A DNA stretch of 64,000 nucleotides from Halocafeteria seosinensis (Eukaryota), in assembly GCA_001687465.1 (NCBI GenBank), contig LVLI01000359.1, forward strand, positions 1-64,000. The letters run 5' to 3'. Under the pieces are notes generated by a model. That model had not been told where the DNA came from. It searched no databases and saw nothing but the letters and a program-made list of their open reading frames with translations. Below are positions 39,101-49,688 of this stretch, piece after piece (position 1 is the stretch's first letter; every line of letters starts with the position of its first letter). The translations under genes and the position numbers were made by a program.

Positions 39101-40568
39101 TGAACGTCGGGTTCCCTTGATGACGCAAGTAGTAGGGGGTATAAACCGAAGCATAGGAAGATCCTATTCTCTCTGTTTCGACAGCTGCCCAGCCGAAGGA
39201 TTTCTTGTTATCACTAGTGTGAGTTCCAGGATACGCAATTCGGCATGAAGTATTGCTGAGACGCTCTTGAGGCGTAGTCGGGGCATTATGGGCTCTCCAT
39301 GAGAATTGAAACTGTCTATTTGGTGAACCAAAGAAAGACTTTGTTCTTGCATCAGTGACCTCTCCGGAGATCCACCTTCCGGATGTATCATATACATCAA
39401 TCTCACTACCCCTAGTGATCTCAATCCTCCAGGGTTCTTCATCAAGTATTTGATCAGGAGTCTTCGCGAACGTGTCCAAGGGTGATATATTTTCGGACGA
39501 GACTGTAAACCAGGCATCTAAGTATTCCGGGAGATCGTCAAATGTTACCTTAAGAGCCCCTTGCGAGGTCGTAGCCGTGACAGTTCCCCGCACCCTGCAG
39601 AAACGAAGGGTGTAGCATAGCACATTACTTAAAGACATCCTCCAGACGTAAACGTATCATACCAGCATGACAAATCTTCATGGAACGCATCGAGTCGAGT
39701 CTGAGTATTGATACTTTCCCGCCATTCTAATTCGTTTCCCTGTGCGGAAGAGCATCCAGCGACGTACACAGATGCAACCGTGTGACACGTATAACGGAAC
39801 TACTTACGTCCAGCTTAACTCCATGCATGCGATGAAAGGGTGCATCGACATCCCAGATGAGTTCCAGAATAGGAGCTAAGACCCTCACTACTACCGCCTG
39901 TGATCGAGCCAATGTCCTAGTAAGCCCAAAGAGTAGGTCAATTGTAACATCACTCGCCCCATCGTTAGCATGTCTGCGACGTTGAAATGCTTGTCACAAG
40001 AGCATTACTGCTGCAACGTATGTATATACCGCGAGTACCTACCGTTTGTCCGTAAGCGCCTTTACTATTTTATATATAAGATCAGCAGATATCTTCGTCA
40101 CGTGTGCCGGATTGCCGTGTTCTCCAATAGCTCCATCTTGATAAGCCTGGTTCGATGTGTCATCACTTCCATACGAAAGCCTCGGTGCATGTTGTTGGAT
40201 CACAGCGACGAGCCTGCTCGAAGCCTTGAGCGCTCGTTTTGCCACATCATAATTCACCTTTGCGCGATACCCTGAGGTAAATGAGGAACTAATTGACGCA
40301 TACGCAAAGTTGTGTCCTTCCATTTCTCAGCGTCGTACGTACCCAATCCTTCAAGGTGTTTTTTCGTCTCTTCCCCAGCAGCTAAAGCATCATCAGCCTG
40401 TTGTTTTGACATACTCTGTCGCTGCGAGGAGCTGCGCTCTTCTGTCCCTGCTTGATTTGGCTGTTGTATTTGGCCTTCCTTCTGACATTCTGTATTCACT
40501 GGTTGAGTGTTTTCACGCTCGTCCCTAGTGTTATCTGGGGTGTCGGTTTCTTCACCTTGGGAAGGCAT
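30135..40568 (-). CDS. Very large ubiquitin C-terminal hydrolase (peptidase C19, USP24/USP34/USP9-like)
   Basis: 3167-codon main ORF with Cys box [29 protein letters not shown], His box GVVCHVGTAGAGHYYSFIRD..WYEFNDS; upstream small exons from ATG 40568 (MPSQGEET). Helical scaffold, UBL-like and EF-hand-like inserts, C-terminal UIM-like DSEFARALQ. Confidence 0.93.
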
Positions 40569-41399
40569 GATGACGTTCAGTCGACAACAATATGCCCTGC
40601 AGAAACTACCACACGATTAAGCAAAGACACAAAAGTTAGAATAGAACCCCTGAAAAAGCAAGTAAGCCTCTTGTGCAGCAATGCAGAATATGACATCTCG
40701 AGCAAATGTGAACCACACGACAGGGCTACGATTCTCTTCAGTTCCTCCCAGTTTCTCCACGCCTGTTCGGGGAGAAGACTAGTATTCGCGGGAATACTCC
40801 GATAGTCTAAATAAATAAGCACTCTCCGGACGCGATACCTCAAGCGAAACTAATGCCTTCCTCTTCCAAGATGCAGGAAGGAAGTCGCCATCTCGGGGTA
40901 GAATTCTTACCTCTTTTACCAGGGTTGTATCCACGACTCACTCCGTGAGATCCTTGAACTGTATGACCAAGCGAAGCCGGTAGGGCAATCAAGTACACAA
41001 ATAATACTTTGGCCCTTAAAAAGAGGGCGAAACAAGTCCACCTTTAAGCACTTTTCGCGTGTGTTGAAGGGGAGAGAGAAAAAGTGAACGAAGTTTGCAC
41101 TTTCCACAGTCACCCCCCCAAGCTGTACTCTTGCTTGCTTTCTCGGTTCAGGCATGGGTCCAATACATACCACTCTGAAAATATTACTTGGCATTGTATT
41201 CAGCTCCTATAGAGCCTTCAAGAGGAGACAAGGGGAGAGCCTGGCCGAGCAGGGGGAAAAAAGATTGGTCAGAATCCAGCAATCTTTTCGTTCACTTCTG
41301 AATGAAACAAAAGATTGACGACTTCTTGGCGCACTTAACACTTTTGCCAAGTCTTGTGGTGAAGGTATCGGAATCCGGTTTGTGAAGGTGGGCGGTAGG

Positions 41400-43892
41400 A
41401 TGATGTTTCGAGGCTCTCTACGCTTCCCCGTTTTCAGAGGAAAGGCCCATTCGCCGGCGCTACTGGGTCCGCGAGTATCTGGTCGAGGATGCAGGGCCCA
41501 AAAGGTTCGAGCAAGACAAAATGCACTTGCTGTGGAGGCGAAAGGTGACTTCACAAACCACTCGGCGTCATCTTGGAAATGTGTGTTTGCACGATATCAT
41601 GCCCCCCGATGGTTCTCTACAGTCATGGGATGGGCTCCTGTAAAGGATCGGTATATATTTTGGTCCGGACAATTGGGAACCGGCAATTACATACCACCGC
41701 AAGACTTCCAAAAGTTCATCGAGGATGCTTCAGTTGATGGACCTGGAGCTAAGAATTTGGGATATGCAGTTAGACTCTTTGCTGAAGCACTGCAGACCGA
41801 AGCCGGACTGCGTTCCATCAATGACTCTCATGGACTGAATCTTGTGTGTGATAAGATTGTCTCTGCGGGCAGATCTGGAATGGCGTTGGAGTTGTTGGAA
41901 TCGATGACGCAATACCCAAACTCAGCCAGGAATATCAGCGGATTAGCAGATGTACTTCGGCCACTTTTGAAGCTACTTTGCGAAACCAGGAAAGAGAATG
42001 AAGCCGCTAAGATTGCAGCAGCTTACTCTCGAAGCATCATTGAATATGCTTACCCGCTGTTTTTGAGCGCCGTAGCCGATTCGATATCTGTTGGGACCGC
42101 TTCAAGGTTTTTGGAGGAGAGGATCGAGAAAGCGGACCTCAGTCTGGCAGAGTGCTACCATATCTTGAAGCAATCAGCCAAAGATGACATGGCCGAAATC
42201 CCGAAAATGGTGTATCGGTATGGGGAGCGGTGTTTTCGAGGTGAAGGCGAAGCAATCTTCCATCAACTGTTCGACCTGCAGCTGCAAGGCCTGATTAGTG
42301 GTGGCATGGTAGAAGAAGCCGTTAGCTCTTTATTCGACGGAGTCAAAAGGGGAATGAAGTGCAGTGGTAGCAGCGCTGTGAAGCTCTTAGACGCTATGAT
42401 CGCTGAAGCAGAGCATTTGGCAGATAAGTGTATTTCGTCTCCATCTACAGTAGATGCCAACCTGGTTCACCAAGCGGTACAAACGACGGTGGAAGTTTTA
42501 CTAACTTTGTGTGAATATGAAGATATTATTACGCCACGATATATTCCCTCACGGCATTTTGGCAGGGTGTTAAAGCTATTACGAAAAGTAAACAATGATT
42601 CAGAGGTCTCTGTAGTAGAGAGGCTATTAAGAAGAGCGTTAGAAGATAGAGCGTCCCGCGGCCATCTACTGCTTCTCCTCAAGTGTTACGGCTATCGCGG
42701 CGATTTGAACAAGCTTATGCTTTTGTCTAATAGATTAGACCAACGGTCGACGACTGAAACTGAATCAATCGCGATAATTTGTAGTATGCTCGTTCTAAAC
42801 GGAAAGCACAAGGAGTGTGCTAGATATCTGTTGCAGCTAAAGCCGTCATCCTCGATCCATGAATTATACTCGACTTTATCGGAAGCAGCGATGGGAGAAA
42901 TCTCGTTAGATTTGGAGGCAGCGTTGCTGGGCAACGTAGACGATACTAGCAGTCCTGGTGTGGAATTGGTGGAGCATGTCGATCGCTGGGCCTTGTGCCT
43001 GAGGGCCCTTCTGGATCAAGCGTCTCCACGACGAGACTATACCCTTGCTGAACCCTGGGCAACACTTGTAACCAAGACGGAAAAAGCACGATGGTACGAT
43101 GGCAGATTTGCACACTCCCCAAATTCGGATATAGTGGATTTTGCACATAGATTTTCTAAGCAGCTGCTTACATTAGCTACCCATTTCAATTTGCCATTTA
43201 TTTTCCTGCGCTTCATGATGAAGCTCAAGCATACTAACTGGCAGCCTCAACCTCAGTTGGTGCAATCAATTTTGTTATGGGGGTTGACGCATTCTGTGCC
43301 CCATGGGAAGGACTTTGATCCCGAAGATGTTACCAATAGCGGAGCGAAGATGACGTCAGAAACACCCGATAGGTTTCTCACTCGAAGGAGTAATATATCG
43401 GCCAGGTCCCTTGTCTCGTGCTTGTTGCATGTATTAGACAGTAAGTCGCCTCTCGTGGCGGAAAGCGAGGCATTGATAGCTTCTGCAGATGAACGTCAAT
43501 ATCGGGACAGAGCCACAGCTCTCATCGAAGCGGGAATTTACGACGAATACCTCTACGAATGCTCCGCACTAAGTTCCCTGGTACCTCACATTCATACCGT
43601 ATCTGTTCAAGGAGTCTCGAGGAGAACAAAGCTTGTTTATCTGAAGCTGTTGCTCCATCAATGGGCTCAACAACGACGCGATGGGAAACCAATTCCGTTT
43701 GAGGGAAAAGATATTCACTTCATCGTGGGAAACACAAAGCATGGAAAGTTTGCAAGCATCCTTGCTGATATTCTTAATAGAGAATTCGACCCTCCGCTTA
43801 AAATTTCTTCTTGGACATTCCGTAGTGCAGTTGTCTCATGGGCTTCAGTGCAACAATGGATCGACGCACAAGGCCCCAACACAGAAGTCTGA
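41400..43892 (+). CDS. Helical-repeat (PPR-like) protein with divergent C-terminal Smr domain, possibly mitochondrial
   Basis: About 830 codons; Arg-rich N-terminus; helical repeats (LLLLLKCYGYRGDLNKL, IICSMLVLNGKHKECARYL); C-terminal TVSVQGVS..DIHFIVGNTKHG..ILNREFDPPL..SVQQWI resembles the Smr fold of PPR-SMR proteins. Start codon uncertain. Confidence 0.6.
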   Translation: MMFRGSLRFPVFRGKAHSPALLGPRVSGRGCRAQKVRARQNALAVEAKGDFTNHSASSWKCVFARYHAPRWFSTVMGWAPVKDRYIFWSGQLGTGNYIPPQDFQKFIEDASVDGPGAKNLGYAVRLFAEALQTEAGLRSINDSHGLNLVCDKIVSAGRSGMALELLESMTQYPNSARNISGLADVLRPLLKLLCETRKENEAAKIAAAYSRSIIEYAYPLFLSAVADSISVGTASRFLEERIEKADLSLAECYHILKQSAKDDMAEIPKMVYRYGERCFRGEGEAIFHQLFDLQLQGLISGGMVEEAVSSLFDGVKRGMKCSGSSAVKLLDAMIAEAEHLADKCISSPSTVDANLVHQAVQTTVEVLLTLCEYEDIITPRYIPSRHFGRVLKLLRKVNNDSEVSVVERLLRRALEDRASRGHLLLLLKCYGYRGDLNKLMLLSNRLDQRSTTETESIAIICSMLVLNGKHKECARYLLQLKPSSSIHELYSTLSEAAMGEISLDLEAALLGNVDDTSSPGVELVEHVDRWALCLRALLDQASPRRDYTLAEPWATLVTKTEKARWYDGRFAHSPNSDIVDFAHRFSKQLLTLATHFNLPFIFLRFMMKLKHTNWQPQPQLVQSILLWGLTHSVPHGKDFDPEDVTNSGAKMTSETPDRFLTRRSNISARSLVSCLLHVLDSKSPLVAESEALIASADERQYRDRATALIEAGIYDEYLYECSALSSLVPHIHTVSVQGVSRRTKLVYLKLLLHQWAQQRRDGKPIPFEGKDIHFIVGNTKHGKFASILADILNREFDPPLKISSWTFRSAVVSWASVQQWIDAQGPNTEV

Positions 43893-43896
43893 TACA

Positions 43897-46800
43897 TCAG
43901 CTCTCGCCGTTTCCACTCTGCAATAGCACTCCTTGGATGTCATTTAGTATACCCCTGTCCACGAGCTCCAGCATGAAACGAAGACCCGATCCGAAGTTCG
44001 AGATACGATTGAGCCTTTGAACGAGTTCTTGGTCTGCAGTTTCTGAAAGATACTGTTCCCGGTACGGGTCGTACCCGAGAGAGACTAGCATAGCATGAAT
44101 CTTTTCTAGAGCGCTACGGAACGAGTTCATGGTATGCATTGTCTTTGTCACCACCTGAACGTCGCAGAATGCTTCGTCGGGAATCCAATCGTCCTGGTCT
44201 GCGCTAGGATCCAATAACGGCCCTTGCCATCCGTGAAAACGGTAGAGATACGGTTTCCCAATGTCAACAAAGGAATTTGACATAATGGCGATAGATAATT
44301 TTAGCAACTCTGTTATAGGCTCGATCGTCCCTTCCACTTCTGCCGACCGGTGTTTAAACTCATCGTACCGGCCAACTCGCCATGCGACTTCGCCCAGTTC
44401 GTCGCAGAGGACCTCCACCTTCTCCCATAGGACGTTCGCATACTCTTCACAGAGCACGACGAGACGGGCCGTTAGAAGTCTCATATGGGCAAGCACGGAG
44501 AACTCTTCTTCATCATTGTTATCGAAGGGTTGTATCCAAGATGCGGGTGGCTGAGGTGCGCCGTTGGTAAAGTTTGCCCCTTTGACGCCTTCAAGCTGGG
44601 ACGTCACCGAGCCAGCGAACGCCAATGATGCGTAAGGGGGAAACTGATGCTGCAACGAAACAAGTAAAAGGACAGACGATCGCAGAATACTTAGCTTCAA
44701 CCAGGCTATGTCCGGGCTTGTTTCTTGGTCAATTTCATCGGTAGAGATAGAAGAGCACATATACAATAGTTTCGATATCCCAGAAGTTACAGGCCCAATA
44801 TCGAGAAATATAGCACGAAAGCCCTCTTCTATTGATTTAGGATCTGCGTTTTCCATATCTGCCAAATATCGGTACTTCAGTCGCAGAGATTCCTCAGAAA
44901 GAACCGTTAGATGCTGGAGACATAAATAAACCCATGAAATTAGCGGGCTAGTGCGCCTTTGAGATGCCGAGTAAGCTCCAATAGTATCACCCAATGCATA
45001 AAAGCCAGTAGCAATGGCACCGTTTGCTCCAAAAAACAAAGTCCCAGCTGGAGTAGTTTCGTCCCATTGCCGAGCTGTGACATCTTCTGTGGTAAGCTGC
45101 TTCACGAAACATGTCATGTCTTCCCGGACAACTAACCCAATACATTGCCATGCGAGGCAGTACATCATCACTAAGTCATCAAGATTGATCGATTTACAGT
45201 GTCCATGGTAGCTGGTTCCAGAAACCTTAACTATCAATCGACCAAATTTGCAAATACCCAAGAGAATCATCTGTATACTGATTTGTCCATTGTCCACAGA
45301 ATGAGTATCATCGGCGCCTAAACCGATTCCCCAGGTACTTAATTGTTTCGTCAAATTCTGTAAGGATTCAGACATTTCGCAGCTTCCAAAAACTTCTTCG
45401 ATGTTTTCTGCTTCGGAGCTACACTCCACACGGTTCACGATGCCGGTCGACTGCAATATTGATGCAGACCCTTTAGCTTTTCTAATGTTTAGGCATGCCT
45501 GCCGGCAGAAAGAGGAAGTTGTAAGCAAACATCGAAGGACTCGCAGCGAGCACAACCTTAATGCTACCAAGTTATTCAACTTGCTAGGCGACAACGAGGG
45601 AACACCATCTAATATGTCAGGTTCGACCATACTGGCATGCGTAGAGTACAATCCTGCAAGACAGCAAAGAGGGAGTAAAACAGACGTTATCCTGCTCTTT
45701 CCTGCGATCACGTCTCCTATATAACTCTTGAAGTCTCGAGCGAACCCTAAATGAATCTCCACAATATCACTCATCGCTGCACCTCCACCACGGTCCGTAC
45801 ATGATAGCTCAGCGTCCTGAGCATTTTCATTCGCGGGAGGTTCAGAGAGATCCAACCTCTCGTCGACAAGCTTGCTACTAAAGCGCAAGTTTAAGAACTC
45901 GTGTGAAGTAGACGAAGCCGCGAGCAACATATAGCTCAATTCTCCAGAATACTCCTCCAGCAACTGCCGGATTTGATCTTGATCATCTTCAAGTGTTTTC
46001 GCCTGTGGCGAACTTGGCGGTATCGTATCTCCAGAAATGTCAGTACGCTCATTGGGGGCACCTGCACGACTATTCCCCTGTAAAGCTTCCCAGTACTCCT
46101 GCTCCTCAGTTTTTCCTGAATCCTTGGTTGACCGCCCGGACTGCTGAGAGGTCCGTCCATATTCCTGAAGTTGTTTCTTTAGTTCCTCTACTTCCTTGGA
46201 CTGCTGCGCAACTTGTTTCGACAGTCGCTCCCTTTGTCTTTCTGTCTCTTGTAACTCCGTGTCCTGGGTGTAAAAAGAAATCAATGACTCTCTAGATAAC
46301 GACCGGATTAGCTTCCTCTTCAGCCTCTTACCTTGAAATCAGCCTCCGATTTCATTTGCTGAAGTTTTCTTTCAAACTTTGCTTTATCATCGGCAAGGTT
46401 CTGTTGCGTCTCCAAGTCTGCCACAGCAACCATATCCTGCAGTTCAGATGCTCGCTCGGTTTCCTGTTTGAGCCTTTCTCGGACAATCTTAATTTCCCCT
46501 TGCTTCTGTTCCAGTTGGCTCCTCAAAGACTCTACTTCCCTCCGTAAATTCAAATTGGCGGGAGAATCTGTATCTTGATCAGATGGGTAATTCGCATGGC
46601 TGTATGTGGAGTCCTTCGTCTCCCTCATCGGAGGACCTGCAGACGTATGCTGACCCCCGAGTCTCGTTTGAGACTCATCTCCCCCGGTGCCACTCACGTT
46701 ACCAATCACTTCATCATTGTCTGCAAATGTCTCATCAAGTATATCAGGACCAAAGGCATTCCATATGTCATCGATTGCAGACGAGGCTTGTGTGCCGCTT

Positions 46801-47243
46801 GTATGTTGTGCGTCTTGCTTGCCCGTGCTTGGTCCCCAAGCACCGGTGTGACCGTTCCCGGGAGAGTCATCAGAAGCACTCAGCTCTGGGGAAATAGGGT
46901 TAGCATAATCTTCCCCTTCTTTGCCATACCGCTGTTGACGAGATGAGAAAGCGAGATTTCCAGCATCCGGAGCTGCTCGAGGAGCATTCTTACGAGAACT
47001 GGGAGAATCCCCGGCCGCCGCAGCAGTGTGAGACTGCGAATGTGCGTGGGTAGCTCTGTTGTGCGTACCACCTTGAGTTTGGAGCAAAGACGACGAAGAA
47101 GAGGTCTGAAAATCCCATTCTAATTCACTCCCTGTCTCTGGGTCCGTGCGCTCGAATTGAAGGAATCCTCTCAAGTTCTCTCTTTGCGAAGATGATTCAT
47201 GTCCTGACGATCTGCTGCGTTTACTTCGACCTTGAGTACGCAT
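43897..47243 (-). CDS. ATRIP: ATR-interacting protein (ATRIP/Rad26/Ddc2)-like, about 1092 aa
   Basis: Exons 47243-46332 and 46263-43897. Disordered N-terminus with SQ/TQ sites and an acidic patch; coiled coil EQKQGEIKIVRERL..KFERKLQQMKSEADFK|DTELQE closely resembles the ATRIP signature as recalled (K.GEIKILR..L / KLQSLQSELQFKDAE); helical C-terminal region. Confidence 0.72.
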
Positions 47244-48036
47244 CCCTCTCTCCTAACAGTTGGTGTGTCTACAACGGCGTATTACCCACATATACCACAT
47301 ATAGAGCACGAAAGGAATTCAAATTCCTGTTGATGCTGTGAAGAGAGCCAGGGACACCTTGCAGCACGCGTTTGCTCCCTCATAGATACCCGCTGATACC
47401 ACCCATAAGTGTTGCATAGTGAAAATCAGGAGGCAATTGTATCTCATACACCTATGAAATGAACAGCCCCGGTATGCAGGACAAAACACGCCAGATAGAG
47501 GTGTACAAAGGCACAGCAGGTGAAACATTTGTTTGCGCCGTTGCTCCACGCGAGATTCGAGAATCGTCCTACCCTTAGACAGAGTGCCTCACAGTATGCC
47601 AGCATTGCCAGGTACCATGTTTCAGATTTTTGTCTGTCTCCTAAGCTATAGCTCGTGAAGACTATAACTATCGACCCGCTTCCGATGCGTCAGCGACTGT
47701 TTGGATGCCAAAACTGGACCATGAACACCCTCGTCATCGACTATAGTTACCTATCCTTGTATACCACCCCGCTTGACACTTTCTCTCTTCTCGCCTACGT
47801 AATCCATAAAGTTCACGCAAACTGATTTGGCCAAGAGAGCAACGTGAAATACCCAACACCCGTAGGCGGGCCGTAGCCTCCTTTTTGAATTCCTCCTCAT
47901 CTTGAAGTTCCTGACGGCACTTTTCTTGCATCATTGCATGCTCTACAATCATTCAGGGATTGTGGTTGAACGTCTCAGATAGGATAGAATATAACGTCTC
48001 GTGCAGGCAGCGTTCGTTGTAGAAAGTGTCGGAATT

Positions 48037-49276
48037 ATGTCTGCTACGATATCGCTGGCAAGAAACTTGAATCACTCCGTTCGCGAGTTCGATGAAGACG
48101 AGAGCCTGTTTATGTACTACAATGACGACCGTACAGGATACATTATGGTTTTATCCAACCCAGATAGCTGCTACGGCGTCATGCCATTCACCTTCTACTT
48201 TACACTGGGAGAAGGAGACCGACCGTATCCTCAGCATCCACCCAAGACGGAGTATGTCAGCGTGGATGGAAACCGCATTCATCCTAATTTGTACGTGAAC
48301 GGACAAGTCTGTCTCAGTATATTAGGGACATGGAGGGGTCCTGGGTGGGAAAGCCATTTTAATCTATACACATTGTAAGTGCCGATTTCCTACCGAGGTA
48401 GATTTTTCCTTGAGTCATCAAGAATCTTCAACTTGCTGTCTCATTGTTCCCAGAGCCAAGCACCTACAGCTAATAGTCAACGCACCATATCCCTTACAAT
48501 GGGAACCTAGTTACACGGATAGAACTGATAGAACGGTACAGGACTACAATCTATTTCTGCATACGGCAGTCCTTCGGAGGGTTGCTAAGCAGAGTTACAA
48601 AATTCCCGTAAACAACAGCAAGGCTCGAGAATATTTCATCAACCGTCTCTCGGAAAGACTATCAATTGAAGCTAATTGGAATGTAGTAACCAACTCTTTT
48701 CAGAGGCTTCTGCAGATAGCTCAAACGAGCCATTCCCTCGTATCACCCTATCGTAACCGGCTGTCCAGAGCTGCAAAGCCTGAGGACGTCCTCCGTCTAA
48801 CTTCATTTCTTGAAGAACTGGCTAGCTCACCTGCTACGATACTGTCACTACAAATCGATAACATTCGACCTTCTCCGGTCGCTAGTGGATGGAATGGTTT
48901 GCTTCATGCTGGCCTCAACACTAGCCAAGCAGCAACTTCAGCTAGCACTGCTGCTAATGCCAGCACTCCCTCCGTTCCCGTCCTGAGCGCTGAGGTCGAT
49001 ATACCCTTTCATACAACCACCAGTTCGGCCCCGAAGCATTTTCTTTCTTCCTCATCTCAGGAAGAGCATTTGGGACAATACTCTCACACCGGTATGGGGA
49101 CCACAGGCGACGAAGAAGATCTGGATCTGCTTCCCGAATATCCTGAGAATGAAGACGACGAAGACCCGGTCCTCGTACCAGAGGCTGAGTGTGTCTCCCC
49201 AGAGAAGCTATCGCTACCCCTGTCAACTCAAGGAGCTACGGTTGCTTCGTACACTACGGATGGACCGGCTGACTGA
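48037..49276 (+). CDS. Ubiquitin-conjugating enzyme E2, UBE2Z/BIRC6/UBE2O-type UBC domain with disordered acidic tail
   Basis: Exons 48037-48374 and 48454-49276. YPQHPPK, RIHPNLYVNGQVCLSILGTWRGPGW (catalytic Cys present), PLQWEPSY. Confidence 0.88.
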
Positions 49277-49431
49277 CACATTGATTCGAAAGATAACTTT
49301 TGACTAGCATTCATTCAGTGGTACCCTGAACCAACTGCTTGCGCACGAAAGTGCCTCAAAACCACGATGTCGATTTGATTCACACAACCATATTCTCATC
49401 GGGTTCGATGTAATTTCCAACGTGATGTACA

Positions 49432-49508
49432 CAGTGTGCAGCACACTGCTGCACAACCCTCCACAGCACAACTTGTGCACAGCCTGCAGCACAGCCTGTA
49501 GCACAGGT
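49432..49508. promoter_or_regulatory. Candidate cis-element cluster upstream of RAD51: 8-bp palindrome plus six GCACA cores
   Basis: cagtgtgc-a-gcacactg at 49432-49448, followed by gcacaac x2, gcacagcctg(c/t)a x2 and gcacagg; function is inferred only. Confidence 0.35.
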
Positions 49509-49688
49509 GCAGAATTCAAATGAACACGGCAAGTTGAAGACATACTTCAACCCCCGCGCGTACGGCTTAAGTAATTGGAGTAGACTTCGTTTGTACAGTG
49601 TTTGTTAGTCCACCAATAGTTCCTATTTTCTCGTTTGTGCGAAGTAAGCTCTGAATACCTCGCCACATTTCCTTTATAGGCACATACA

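Noticed and set aside
47250..48030. Short ORFs 47319-47549 and 47734-47952
   Set aside because: No domain signal; consistent with a divergent promoter/UTR region, though a small gene cannot be excluded.
48037..48374. E2 as a giant-virus-derived gene (HPNLY..G.VCLSILGTW.GP.W type)
   Set aside because: The same motif defines cellular UBE2Z-type enzymes; the gene has host-like GC and a normal intron. Only a phylogeny could decide.
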